Source: Prevotella sp. (GTDB taxonomy: Bacteria; Bacteroidota; Bacteroidia; Bacteroidales; Dysgonomonadaceae). From it: 64,000 nt of DNA. A program made the position numbers and the translations under genes. Under the pieces are notes generated by a model that saw only the letters and a program-made list of their open reading frames with translations, ran no database searches and was not told the origin of the DNA. The DNA lies in assembly GCA_031285625.1 (NCBI GenBank), contig JAITVV010000084.1, positions 64,001 to 128,000 on the forward strand, read 5' to 3'. How positions within the stretch are numbered: position 1 is the first letter of the stretch; each line of letters starts with the position of its first letter. Below are positions 45,311 through 56,538 of this stretch, piece by piece.

Positions 45311-46633
45311 ATGAAAATAGCTATAGTAGGCACGGGATATGTGGGCCTCGTTACAGGAACCTGTTTTGCAGAGATGGGTACTGAGGTTTTCTGTGTCGAT
45401 ATCGATAAAAATAAGATTGAAAAGCTAAAACAAGGTATAATTCCCATCTTTGAGCCTGGCTTGGACGAAATGGTTGAACGCAACCATAAAGCCGGACGCT
45501 TGCAGTTCACGACTGATTTAAGTTCAATTTTGAATGAAGTCGACATTGTTTTCTCTGCTGTTGGAACCCCCCCTGATGAAGATGGTAGCGCTGACCTAAA
45601 GTATGTTTTAGATGTAGCCCGTACTGTTGGACAGAACCTGAATAAATACATGGTTATTGTCACCAAAAGTACTGTCCCGGTAGGGACAGCCAAACTGGTG
45701 AAAAAGACAATACAAGACGAACTGAATAAAAGGGGATTATCTGATCTGAAATTTGATGTGGCTTCTAATCCAGAGTTCCTAAAAGAAGGTGCGGCCATTA
45801 CAGATTTTATGCAGCCCGACCGCGTTGTTGTCGGAGTAGAATCGGAAGAGGCTAAACGCTTAATGGAAAAATTGTATAAACCTTTTACTTTAAATAACTA
45901 TCGAATTATTTATACAGATATTCCTTCTGCAGAAATGATTAAATATGCAGCAAACGCAATGTTGGCAACCCGGATCAGCTTCATGAACGATATAGCCAAT
46001 ATGTGTGAAATAGTAGGAGCCGATGTAAATATGGTTCGCAAGGGTATAGGAGCGGATGCCCGTATCGGATCAAAATTTCTTTATGCAGGATGTGGATATG
46101 GAGGAAGTTGTTTTCCCAAAGATGTAAAAGCATTAATTCATACTGCTAATAAACTTGGTTACAAGATGCAGATACTTGAGGCCGTAGAAAATGTAAATGA
46201 GTTCCAGAAAAATATACTCTTTGATAAGCTGATGAAGTATTATAATAACGATATAAAAGGTAAAACAATCGCAGTCTGGGGGTTAGCATTTAAACCTAAA
46301 ACAGATGACATGCGAGAAGCACCATCATTAGTATTGATCGACAGGATTATCAAAGCCGGGGGAAAAGTGAGAGCTTATGACCCCGTAGCGATGGAGGAAG
46401 CCAAGAAACATCATTTGGGCGACTCTGTTATATATGCGAAAGACATTTATGATGCCACATTAGACGCCGATGCAATCCTTATGGTGACAGAGTGGAACGA
46501 GTTCCGGTTACCAACTTGGGAGGTCATTAAGAAAACTATGAAAAAGCCTGTAGTCTTTGATGGTAGAAACATCTACAATAAAGAGGAAATGAATGAAATC
46601 GGATTTGATTATTTCGGTATCGGTATAAAATAA
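45311..46633 (+). CDS. ugd: UDP-glucose 6-dehydrogenase
   Basis: GTGYVG, KSTVP, NPEFLKEG, GGSCFPKD. Confidence 0.96.
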   Translation: MKIAIVGTGYVGLVTGTCFAEMGTEVFCVDIDKNKIEKLKQGIIPIFEPGLDEMVERNHKAGRLQFTTDLSSILNEVDIVFSAVGTPPDEDGSADLKYVLDVARTVGQNLNKYMVIVTKSTVPVGTAKLVKKTIQDELNKRGLSDLKFDVASNPEFLKEGAAITDFMQPDRVVVGVESEEAKRLMEKLYKPFTLNNYRIIYTDIPSAEMIKYAANAMLATRISFMNDIANMCEIVGADVNMVRKGIGADARIGSKFLYAGCGYGGSCFPKDVKALIHTANKLGYKMQILEAVENVNEFQKNILFDKLMKYYNNDIKGKTIAVWGLAFKPKTDDMREAPSLVLIDRIIKAGGKVRAYDPVAMEEAKKHHLGDSVIYAKDIYDATLDADAILMVTEWNEFRLPTWEVIKKTMKKPVVFDGRNIYNKEEMNEIGFDYFGIGIK

Positions 46634-46639
46634 GTAACA

Positions 46640-47311
46640 ATGATTATAGCAGAAGGCATTACAAAAAGTTTCGGCTCATTAAAAGTATTGAAAGGTATTG
46701 ATCTTCATGTTGCAAAAGGTGAAATCATATCAATAGTTGGGGCCAGTGGTGCAGGAAAAACAACCCTTCTTCAAATAATAGGAACACTCGATAAAGCGGA
46801 TAGTGGAACTATATCGATCAATGATCAAAAACTAAATAGCCTGAGAGACACACAACTCTCTGATTTCAGAAATAAAAATATTGGATTTGTATTTCAGTTT
46901 CACCAACTTCTACCTGAATTTACAGCCTTAGAGAATGTAATGATTCCGGCCCTGATAGGTAAGACTAAAGAATCCCAAGCAAAACAAAAGGCAAAAGAAC
47001 TACTGGACATGCTGGGGCTTTCAGGCCGTATAGGACACAAACCAAATGAGCTTTCAGGCGGAGAGAAACAACGTGTAGCTGTGGCCCGCGCCCTGATAAA
47101 CGATCCGGCTATTATTCTGGCCGATGAGCCTTCGGGAAGTTTGGATACAGAAAATAAAGAAGAATTACATCAATTATTCTTTAAGTTACGGGATACTCTC
47201 GGACAAACGTTCGTAATTGTCACACATGATGAACATCTGGCCTCTATAACGGACCGTACTGTACATATGCGTGATGGCCTGATTATTGACAACCTAACAG
47301 AATCTTTATAA
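46640..47311 (+). CDS. ABC ATP-binding protein, LolD-like
   Basis: [28 protein letters not shown]. Confidence 0.9.
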   Translation: MIIAEGITKSFGSLKVLKGIDLHVAKGEIISIVGASGAGKTTLLQIIGTLDKADSGTISINDQKLNSLRDTQLSDFRNKNIGFVFQFHQLLPEFTALENVMIPALIGKTKESQAKQKAKELLDMLGLSGRIGHKPNELSGGEKQRVAVARALINDPAIILADEPSGSLDTENKEELHQLFFKLRDTLGQTFVIVTHDEHLASITDRTVHMRDGLIIDNLTESL

Positions 47312-47314
47312 ACT

Positions 47315-47851
47315 ATGCAGTCCTCTGATAAACGGCTTTATCAGATCGCTCTCACACAGGTTGCGGGAGTTGGTGATATTATTGCCCGCAAACTCTTACA
47401 GATAATAGGTGATGAAGAGGCTATTTTCAAATCAAATAGAAAATCACTGATAAGTACAGGTATTTCATCAAAGATAGCAGATGAGATACTAAATACGAAA
47501 GTGCTCGAAAGAGCAGAAAAAGAACTGAACTTTGTAGAGAAAAACAAAATAAGCACTTATTTCATCAGTGATAAAGACTATCCACATCGCCTCAAAGATT
47601 GTAGTGATGCTCCTATTCTACTCTACTTCAAGGGTAATGTAAATTTTAATGCAGAAAAGGTTATCAGTATTGTTGGTACCAGAAAATCGACAAGTTATGG
47701 TAATAGCTTTTGTGATTCGTTTCTGAAAGATATATCCTCCATTTTTCCAGACACATTAATTGTAAGCGGACTGGCCTATGGTATAGATATACAGACTCAT
47801 CAATCGGCATTGAAATATAATCTGCCTACAGTCGGAGTACTGACATATTAG
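47315..47851 (+). pseudogene. dprA: dprA 5' fragment, interrupted by the integrated element
   Basis: YP..LK...DAP..LY.KG, IVGTRK.T.YG, IVSGLAYGID..H, PTVGVL, then stops (TY*) at 178 aa where DprA normally continues (AHGLD..YP) to roughly 370 aa. Confidence 0.9.
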
Positions 47852-47857
47852 ATGTAT

Positions 47858-47887
47858 TTTGCAGTATATATTTTTTTCATATCTTTG
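47858..47887 (+). promoter_or_regulatory. Host-type sigma-A promoter for the integrase
   Basis: TTTG (47858-61), 18 nt, TATCTTTG (47880-87), 17 nt before the ATG. Confidence 0.55.
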
Positions 47888-47904
47888 ATTAAAAATTAAA
47901 GGAT

Positions 47905-49761
47905 ATGGGAAAAGTAATATTGTTAATTAGGGTAAGTACTGACAGGCAAGAATATGAAGCACAGACCACAGAGTTAGTACAGTTTGTTAAATCATTTGGT
48001 TATGGTGATAATGACATAATATTGATTCAGGATAAAGAATCAGCTATCAAGTTATCAGAAGAAGAAAGGCAAGGATTAAATAAGATGAAAGAAGCCATTG
48101 TTAATAATGATGGCAATATTGATGCTGTATATTGTTGGGAGTTATCACGCTTATCAAGACAACCAAAGATATTATATTCTATCAGGGATTTATTATTAGA
48201 AAAAAGAATTAATTTAATAGTAAAAGAACCATTTTTAAAATTATTGGATGATAATAAAGAACCTGTATCTACATCAATGATTCAGTTTGGATTCTTCATT
48301 ACATTGGTTGAAAATGAAATGAGGGATAAGAAAGCAAGGTTTGATAGGGGTAGAAAAAATAAAGCATCACAAGGTAAATATGTAGGCGGTTATATTCGAT
48401 ATGGATATACAATAGATTCCAATAAGAAGTTTATTATAAATGAAGATGAAGCACAAATAATAAGGCTTGTATACAATTTATATGAGACGGGTAAATATTC
48501 ACATAGGACAATAGTAGCTGAATTGAAAGAATTGGGGTATGGTAATGATATTGCTAATATTGGCAAGGTACAGAACATATTGAATGCAGAGGAATATACA
48601 GGTGTTACCAAGAATAAAAAATTAAACATATCTTTTCCAATAATCATATCAAAGGAACAATTTAATATATGTAGGCAAATAAGCAATGGGAATAATGATA
48701 AGTTGAATAAATCAAGTGAGATATATTATTCACAGTTATTATTGGAATGTTCTTGTTGTGGTAAGCATTTACATCCAAAGAAATCAGTAAACTTATATGG
48801 ATGTCCTGATAGGACTGTTTTAAATGGTTATCAGATGGATAATATAATTGAGAAGTGTGTAGACCAAAACTATTTAAATATGTCTATAATGGATAGTTTA
48901 TTATGGTATGTGGCAAAAGAAAAAGAAGCAATTACAATATTATCTTCCACTGAGGAAGAAATAAATTTAAATAATTTAAAGATTGAAGATTTAAAGAAAA
49001 AAGCGGATAGCATTTATAATAGGTTAGATGATTTAAAAAAGAGAAGAAGCAGATTAGGTTTATCCTTCAGTGATGGAATGATAGATGAAGAAGCATATAG
49101 CAAAAGAAAGCAATCATTGAATGAAGAAGAAAATTTAATTAATAGTGATAAGTTGAATTATATAAATGAGATTGAAAGATTAGAAAAAGTTAATGCTAAT
49201 ATTCATTCCAATTTAATTAATATGAATAATTGGAGAGATATAAATGAGGGCAAGAATATATTAAAGAATTTGGATATTATTATTGGTGAACAATTGGATA
49301 AGATTGTTGATGATAAGACAAGATATAATATAATCAGGAAACAAGTAAAGAATGTTGTTGTTAAAAAGATTGATGATATAACTAAACAGTTGGTTATATA
49401 TTATAATGATGAAAAGTTTCAAAAAGAAAGTTTCTTTTATGAAAAGAAATCCAAACAATCAAAGCCATCCATATACAGGTTTAGCAACAAGACCATATTT
49501 GATATTAGGTCACGTGATAATAAAGATTATGAAATTAAATTTCCAATTGTAAAAGAATATAAAGGCAAGCCACAATTAGGGCAATATGATAAGATAAAAG
49601 ATAAGATGAAACAAGACCCTGAATATGCTGAGAGGAAAAGAAAGAAAGGATATTATTATACAAGGTGTTGGAAGATAAAGAATGATACAAAATTAACAAC
49701 ACAGCAAAAAGAAGAACAAATAAATAATTTAACTTCAAAATATAAAGAATGGATTATCTAA
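47905..49761 (+). CDS. Large serine recombinase (integrase)
   Basis: RVST catalytic Ser, ELSRLSR, YGY recombinase domain, CSCCG...C zinc ribbon, coiled coil. Confidence 0.95.
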   Translation: MGKVILLIRVSTDRQEYEAQTTELVQFVKSFGYGDNDIILIQDKESAIKLSEEERQGLNKMKEAIVNNDGNIDAVYCWELSRLSRQPKILYSIRDLLLEKRINLIVKEPFLKLLDDNKEPVSTSMIQFGFFITLVENEMRDKKARFDRGRKNKASQGKYVGGYIRYGYTIDSNKKFIINEDEAQIIRLVYNLYETGKYSHRTIVAELKELGYGNDIANIGKVQNILNAEEYTGVTKNKKLNISFPIIISKEQFNICRQISNGNNDKLNKSSEIYYSQLLLECSCCGKHLHPKKSVNLYGCPDRTVLNGYQMDNIIEKCVDQNYLNMSIMDSLLWYVAKEKEAITILSSTEEEINLNNLKIEDLKKKADSIYNRLDDLKKRRSRLGLSFSDGMIDEEAYSKRKQSLNEEENLINSDKLNYINEIERLEKVNANIHSNLINMNNWRDINEGKNILKNLDIIIGEQLDKIVDDKTRYNIIRKQVKNVVVKKIDDITKQLVIYYNDEKFQKESFFYEKKSKQSKPSIYRFSNKTIFDIRSRDNKDYEIKFPIVKEYKGKPQLGQYDKIKDKMKQDPEYAERKRKKGYYYTRCWKIKNDTKLTTQQKEEQINNLTSKYKEWII

Positions 49762-49802
49762 CGATAATCCATTTTTTTATGTATATAAGGTAAATATCAA
49801 TA
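49748..49802 (+). promoter_or_regulatory. Element repeat unit 1: hairpin + TATGTATAT-N5-AAATATCAATA
   Basis: AATGGATTATC-taac-GATAATCCATT, T run, motifs at 49778-86 and 49792-802. Confidence 0.8.
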
Positions 49803-49817
49803 ATATAAATTTGATAT

Positions 49818-50558
49818 ATGATAAAGATAACAATTGATAATGTTGATTACAATATACCTTCTGAATGGTCAGATGTAAAATTATCCCAGTATGAAAAATG
49901 GTTTGAATGTGACATAAAAGAAAAGGAAGATGAAATTGCATTTGTATCTAATGTATCAGGAATTGATTTAAACCTATTAAAAACGCTTCCATTGAGTTTT
50001 TATAATGATTTGGTAGATATAATAGGATTCTCATTAAAAGATGCTAATATGCTTCCTAAATCGAATATAATAATTGATGGTATTCAATATTCAATTAACT
50101 CAAGGAATGAATTAACATTGGATGAATGGGTAGATACAGAAGCTGTATTAAAAGGAAATGATAATAAGTTAAGTTCAGTATTAGCAATTGTATGTAGACC
50201 AACAGGTGAAATATATAATAGTAATAGATTATCTGAAAGGATTGAATTATATAAGAATATTACAATGGATAAGTTGTTTCCCTTATTCAGTTTTTTTTTG
50301 ACCTTAAAAGAACAATATCAAAAGATTATGAATACCTGTTTAATGGTTCAGGAAGTAACAAACCAATTGCACCTGCATATAGAGAATTTAGTAAAAAATG
50401 GGGGTGGTATAAGCAGATTGCAGAATTGGCGAATGATAATATTCAAGAAATGGATAACATTCTCAAACTCAAAGTTATTGAAGTATTTAACTTCCTTTCT
50501 TATCAGGTTGATAAGCAAAAAGCAAAAGAAGAACAACAAAAGTTTGAAGAACAATTAA
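49818..50558 (+). CDS. Phage structural/assembly protein (tail-chaperone-like) with -1 frameshift site; alternative product ends at 50581
   Basis: N-terminus Y.IP.EW.DV.L.QY; T9 run at 50291-99; both downstream frames open. Confidence 0.65.
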   Translation: MIKITIDNVDYNIPSEWSDVKLSQYEKWFECDIKEKEDEIAFVSNVSGIDLNLLKTLPLSFYNDLVDIIGFSLKDANMLPKSNIIIDGIQYSINSRNELTLDEWVDTEAVLKGNDNKLSSVLAIVCRPTGEIYNSNRLSERIELYKNITMDKLFPLFSFFLTLKEQYQKIMNTCLMVQEVTNQLHLHIENLVKNGGGISRLQNWRMIIFKKWITFSNSKLLKYLTSFLIRLISKKQKKNNKSLKNN

Positions 50559-50590
50559 GAAAGAATAATATGAATAATTAAAATAATATA

Positions 50591-51187
50591 ATGATAAAAA
50601 AGATAATATATTTATTTGAAAGGTTATCCAAACAGCATAAATTAATTCAATCATTCTACTATAACCGCAATTATGAAATTGGTAGTGGCAATGAAAAGCA
50701 TCCTTTATTATGGTTGGAAGACCCGATGTATATAAATATAACAGGTTCAAATAATAATATAATTGAAGCAGATATAAATTTCAGTGTGTTATTGATACCA
50801 AATGAAGATACAACCTTTGTAGATTGTCAGGATTTAGCATTTAGTACAGGTCATAACATCATAGAATATATTAAAAAGTATAAACCATTTGGATTTATAA
50901 TAAAATCAGGTACAGAATCTGCATTAACATTGCAACATTATTATGATAATAATACAGCAGGTGCAAGATTTTCGTTTGTTTTACAGAATGCCAATCCTGC
51001 AAGTATATGTTTATTGGATGAGCATTTTGAATCAGGTGTATTTAATTGTGATTTCAATGATGATTATTTAAAATATTGTAATGATAAAGAAGAAGATAAG
51101 GTTAATGATTTTGATGTAACCCCTGCAAATAATTGCACAACCTTTGTAGATAAATTACCTGACTTCACATTAAGGACATCAAGATGA
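50591..51187 (+). CDS. Phage protein, tail-completion/terminator-like
   Basis: Size, position and beta-rich pattern (YPLL-like 'HPLLWLE'); function inferred. Confidence 0.45.
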   Translation: MIKKIIYLFERLSKQHKLIQSFYYNRNYEIGSGNEKHPLLWLEDPMYINITGSNNNIIEADINFSVLLIPNEDTTFVDCQDLAFSTGHNIIEYIKKYKPFGFIIKSGTESALTLQHYYDNNTAGARFSFVLQNANPASICLLDEHFESGVFNCDFNDDYLKYCNDKEEDKVNDFDVTPANNCTTFVDKLPDFTLRTSR

Positions 51188-51654
51188 ACAATAAAGTAAA
51201 AACCATATTAAAAGCCATTAGTGAGGATATTGAAGTTCTTGCACAAATCATATTTGAGACTGATACAATAAGTAATAATACCAAGGTAAGTAAAAATACT
51301 TTAAAAGATAGTCAGTTATCGAAAGATGTAGAAGTAAAGATACAAGAATTGGGTAATCCTATAATAGATATAATGTTCAATCATTATATAGTTTATTTAG
51401 AATGGGATAGACCACCAATGTATGGTAAGATGCCACCTATATCTGATTTACGTGATTGGGCTATTAAAAATGATATTCCTGATGATAATAGTACATTATA
51501 TTTGATAAGCAGGGCAATATGGAGAGATGGACATAAAGGCAGACCAATAACAAAAAACTTAATGATAGAGATTGAAGATAGGTTTGATAAGGAATGGTTT
51601 GATTTATTATTTGAAGGAATCATTGATGATTTAATTCAAATATTTAATGAATAA
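51184..51654 (+). CDS. Phage neck/tail-completion protein (HK97 gp10-like)
   Basis: GKMPPISDLRDWAIK...LISRAIWRDG pattern typical of these proteins. Confidence 0.55.
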   Translation: MNNKVKTILKAISEDIEVLAQIIFETDTISNNTKVSKNTLKDSQLSKDVEVKIQELGNPIIDIMFNHYIVYLEWDRPPMYGKMPPISDLRDWAIKNDIPDDNSTLYLISRAIWRDGHKGRPITKNLMIEIEDRFDKEWFDLLFEGIIDDLIQIFNE

Positions 51655-51662
51655 AATATATA

Positions 51663-51715
51663 GAGTATCATTAGATACTCCATTCTTTTTTATGTATATG
51701 TTATAAATATCAATA
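51663..51715 (+). promoter_or_regulatory. Element repeat unit 2
   Basis: GAGTATC-atta-GATACTC, T run, TATGTATAT at 51691-99, AAATATCAATA at 51705-15. Confidence 0.8.
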
Positions 51716-51729
51716 TTTAAAAAATTATA

Positions 51730-53691
51730 ATGTCGAATATTATAACTACAGATATAGCAACAATAGTTGATAGTGATAAGATTACATTGGTTAATAATCC
51801 ATCATTTATACAGTTTATAGGTAATCAGGGTCTTAATGAAAAATTAGATACATTGGTTATTAAATTCAATGGGATAATGCAACCAAATGATAATTTTGAA
51901 AATTTATATTATATTGGTTTCACTTATACTGACAATGGTATTCTATATAATGTTAAATATGTTCAAACTGTTGATGCAGAATATGCTGCACAATATAATA
52001 ATATCTTCTATCAAGGTAATACAGTAGTTGATACAGTTAGGAATTTACAGCAGAAGTTATTAGATAATAACTTCTTGGTTAATAATTTTATCATTAGTGC
52101 TAATAATGATTTGCTATCTATTAAGCCAAAAGTAGGTGATGCAAGCAAAGCATATACATTATCATATATAACAGGTTATGCAACCACAACTGACCCACAT
52201 ATTGAAATAAATGGTGCTATAACATACATTACACCATCAGTTATATCAAGTGGTACAGAAGAAGTTGATAATACCATACCAACATTTACATTAACAGTGA
52301 ATAGTTTTACATCAAATGATGCATTACCTGCTGCTGCTTTATTAACCTTTGTTGAAAACAACAGTAAAAACAGTTATAAAATACAGGGAACAACTGATAA
52401 AAGTTTGATTGATGGTAATAAAAATTACTTTTATCTTAATTCCAATCCTGTAATAACCTGTAATAACCTTATTCAGGCATTGTTAACAGTACCATTTTTC
52501 AAAAATAACTTCATTTTAAGTGTTGATGGGGATGAATTTTCATTGGTTGGTAAGCGAAATAACCCTAATTTTTCATTCAATGTTACATATAATCCATCAT
52601 TTTGCAGCATAAATAACACACAATATACAATAAATAACAGTAATGTATTATATAATAGTCAAATTGAGTTGGATATATACAAGAATAATCAGTATGTAAC
52701 CACTGTATCTAAGTCATATATTGATAGTGATGTATGGTTTGATGTAAATAATATATTAAATAGAACAATGAAATCATATCCAAACTGTTTATTCTTACCA
52801 AATAATATATTAGACAGTGGTACAACGATGAAATATAATTACAATAGTAAGTATATTAAAAATTATGATACACAATTTATTAACTTCAGTGAAAATAAAT
52901 ATGTTGTAGATGGCTTTGTTAGAACATTAGAACCAAATGATATAAACAGTTATATTTATTCAGCAGATGAAGATGTTGAATGTAATATACTTACCAATAA
53001 GTTAGACAGGATATATAATATTGGTGAAGATATATCAGCTAATATTATAATAGAACCAAATGATGATACATCATATACAATTGGATTATTAATTAAATAT
53101 TATGAGAATAATAAATTAGTTAATGAAAATATAATTGATACTGATAATGGTAAAGACTTGATTAGTAGTATATATGTTACTGCTGATAAAATATTAATTA
53201 CAGACAGGACACAATTTATAGATGTTGTTTGGGTGAAGATACCAAATGAAAGCCCTGATGACTTTTATGAAATTTCATCTTATATCAGATATAAGATATT
53301 ACGTGAATGTAATGATAGTTATGGTTTTATGTTTTTGAATAAATTAGGGGGTTGGGATATATATTACTTCAATAGTGATTTCAATACAGAATTTAAAACT
53401 GAGGTAACCACTTCATTTAAAACATTGCAACCAAATTATAAACTTAGTGATACTTACGAAAAGGTTGAATTTAAAGAAACAGAAGAAACTTTTGCAATTA
53501 AATCAATGGTGAATAAAGAGACTGCTGAATGGTTAAAAGAATTATCAACAAGTAAATATGTATATTCATTATTTGATAATAATAGGTATGTGATTGTACA
53601 AGATTTTGATTTAAGTATTTCGGATAAAGATTTATTTGAGGTCACAATGAAATATACCTATTCTGACACATATAATACTATTTTAAAATAA
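51730..53691 (+). CDS. Phage tail structural protein
   Basis: C-terminal FLNKLGGWDIYYF...WLKEL..S..VY pattern seen in Bacteroidota phage tail genes; internal duplicated domain (T..NL.Q.LL...F..NNFI.S twice). Confidence 0.6.
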   Translation: MSNIITTDIATIVDSDKITLVNNPSFIQFIGNQGLNEKLDTLVIKFNGIMQPNDNFENLYYIGFTYTDNGILYNVKYVQTVDAEYAAQYNNIFYQGNTVVDTVRNLQQKLLDNNFLVNNFIISANNDLLSIKPKVGDASKAYTLSYITGYATTTDPHIEINGAITYITPSVISSGTEEVDNTIPTFTLTVNSFTSNDALPAAALLTFVENNSKNSYKIQGTTDKSLIDGNKNYFYLNSNPVITCNNLIQALLTVPFFKNNFILSVDGDEFSLVGKRNNPNFSFNVTYNPSFCSINNTQYTINNSNVLYNSQIELDIYKNNQYVTTVSKSYIDSDVWFDVNNILNRTMKSYPNCLFLPNNILDSGTTMKYNYNSKYIKNYDTQFINFSENKYVVDGFVRTLEPNDINSYIYSADEDVECNILTNKLDRIYNIGEDISANIIIEPNDDTSYTIGLLIKYYENNKLVNENIIDTDNGKDLISSIYVTADKILITDRTQFIDVVWVKIPNESPDDFYEISSYIRYKILRECNDSYGFMFLNKLGGWDIYYFNSDFNTEFKTEVTTSFKTLQPNYKLSDTYEKVEFKETEETFAIKSMVNKETAEWLKELSTSKYVYSLFDNNRYVIVQDFDLSISDKDLFEVTMKYTYSDTYNTILK

Positions 53692-53694
53692 ATG

Positions 53695-53748
53695 AATGGA
53701 GTATCATTAGATACTCCATTTTTTATGTATATATCCCAAATATCAATA
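53695..53748 (+). promoter_or_regulatory. Element repeat unit 3
   Basis: AATGGAGTATC-atta-GATACTCCATT, TATGTATAT at 53724-32, AAATATCAATA at 53738-48. Confidence 0.8.
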
Positions 53749-53764
53749 TTTTAAAATATTATAA

Positions 53765-56538
53765 ATGCAACTTATAGAATTTTATATCAATGATAGGTTA
53801 ATAGATTATACCAATGCAAATGATTTAGGAATTAAATTATCAAGACAAATTTTTAAGCCATCTGAATTTACATCAAAAGATTCACAAATGTCTTATAAGA
53901 TAACCATTCCAAATAGTGTTACCAATAATGAGATATTCAATTATTCAAATGTTGAAGAAGTAAAAGATAAATTCAATTATGAATATACAGCAAAGGTATA
54001 TGTGGATAACATATTAATCTTTGATGGGTACTTTATGTTGCAGGAGATAACTGAAAAAAAATATATAGGTAATTTATATATTCCTGTATATAAGACCATC
54101 AAAGATATATTTGGTAATAATGTGATGAATAAACCATCTTCCAATACTGAAAAAAACAAATGGTTATTTAATATGGATGGTGCATCAGATATAAGTGCTT
54201 GGAATGAACAAGTATTAACCAACTTTGAAAATAACAGGGCATCTGATTGTTTATTCCCATATATATTATATGGATTGATTCCAAAAATAAGTATTAATCC
54301 AAATGATTATGTAAATGGTGAAATGGTTGGTGAATATACTGATAAGAATGTATATGATAAATATGCAAGATTGGGTTATGAAGATATACCACCTGCAATG
54401 AATGTATTGGAGACAATTAAACATATGTTTGTATCTAATGGTTTAACTATTTCAGGTACAGCATTTAACGATGATAGGTTGAAACATCTATATATGTCAT
54501 ATTCCAATCCAACAGATTATATACAAGAATGGAATTATGGTGATTTATCCACCATTGAAGTAAACGGTTCTTGGTCAATGTGGGATATGAATAATACATT
54601 TGAATGGCAAATTTCACAAAACAGTGATAGTTATGGTTCATATTATGGTACTAATATATTAGATTCAAATAGATTTATATTAAATTACTATACTGATACA
54701 GGGACAAATACCATATATAATTCTTATGATGAGATAAAAAATGCTGTAACAAGAAAAAGAAATAATTTAAGTATTACCATACCTCAATCAGGCTACTATA
54801 AAATAACCTTATCGGGTAATTTATCATTAAATACAAGTGTTTACCGAGGTGAATTAGTTGATAATATAACAGGTAAAAAATTCACAGGTGTTATACAGCA
54901 TAATAATGACACTCGTAATAATAGCTTTCAAAGGTCTATGTATGAGATTCAGGTATTACGTGATTTTGGTGAGGGTAGTTTTACATATGATAAAGTTGTA
55001 GGTCATTATAATCAACCTAATTTTCCTCAGACACAAGCAGGTGATACTAATCAATATCCTAAATATTATCCATTTGATGGTGAGGATATGATTATAGACC
55101 CTCAAACAAATATTAATTTTATTAGTGGTTTGCATTGGGGTAATTATGATAATGAATTAAAAGATTATAATCCAATTGGGGGTACATATCCTTCAAATTA
55201 TATGTTTATGAAAAATGGATATAGTTGGAATAATACTTTTTCTCAAAGGCAAAAAATATACCACGTGTATGATAGTGAGAAATCAGCAGGTACAGATGAT
55301 GGTGTTAATTACAGATGTTATAATTTAGATGACTTAACCAATCAATTAGTAACTAATGATGTGGCATTACATTATGGTAAGATAGAAGATATGCCAAATA
55401 ATAATTATTGTGCTCAATCTAATGGAATATATGGTGAGGGGTTGGTACAAAGTGTAATATGGTTGGATAAGGGTGAACATATAACTGTTGCTGTTGTAGG
55501 TAATATGGGTGACTACAAGAAGCAATCATCAGACCATACCCATTTTGATGCAAATATTGTGTTGATAGATAGTGTTAATTTTGATTTAAAAATTGAAAGT
55601 TTCAGAACTGATATTCAATGGAATAATTTTGACAATGATGGAAATTATGATTCAGATAATGTATTATCTTGGAATGATGCTAATACATTCCAAAATGGAT
55701 ATATAGATTTATGTAAGTTTCTTCCATCAGAAGTTAAAATTAATGATTTCTTGGATAATTTTTGTAAGGCATTTAATTTGAATTTGATACAACCAACACA
55801 AAATAATTTTGAATTAAATGTAAAACAGACCAAACAGTTAGGTACAAGTGATATAGTATCATTTGAAGATAAGTTTAATATTAAATTAAGAACAAATGAA
55901 CCATTAGGCTTACCAAGTGAGATTAATATTAAATGGTCTATTGACGAGGAAGAAGAAGGATATGTTGCAAGTGGTGGTTATACAGGTAATGGACAATTTC
56001 AAACAGGTACTATTGGTGGTTCAGTAAGTGAACAATCATCAACATTTAGTTATAATTGGTATAAGGATATTGATTTCTTTGGAGTTTCAGATAGTGTACC
56101 TGTGATATCCAAACACGAAGTATGGGAAAATGGTACAGAAGATTATGGTGAAATGCAGAAGAAATATTATTCAAATTTACCAATAAGATTTTTCTATCCA
56201 AATAGTTTAGTTGCTTGGAATAATGGTAATTATCATTATAATGTCTTCCAATTAGGTAATAATTATGTTGATTTGGTGAGTTTAAAAAATGAATATGACA
56301 TTACAACGATATCCATTTTGGATTATGAGAATAAACAGTATTCAATTTTGAATAATTATTTTACATTGATTACAACAAATAATACCAATTATACAATAAT
56401 AGAGACTTATTTGACACCTGAGGAATATCAATTATTAAATGGTAGGAATATTCAGATTTATATTATGTATCTTCAATTGACCAATATGACCCATTGATGA
56501 AATCACCATCAAAAATTAAATTGATTAGAAAAATATAA
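53765..56538 (+). CDS. Phage baseplate-hub/tail-tip-like protein; ORF ends at 56497 but the likely true C-terminus is in the -1 frame ending at 56538
   Basis: N-terminus I.L.RQI....F..K.S..SY.ITIP....NN.IF, later 'FLP..KI.DFL...CK.FNL'; see finding. Confidence 0.6.
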
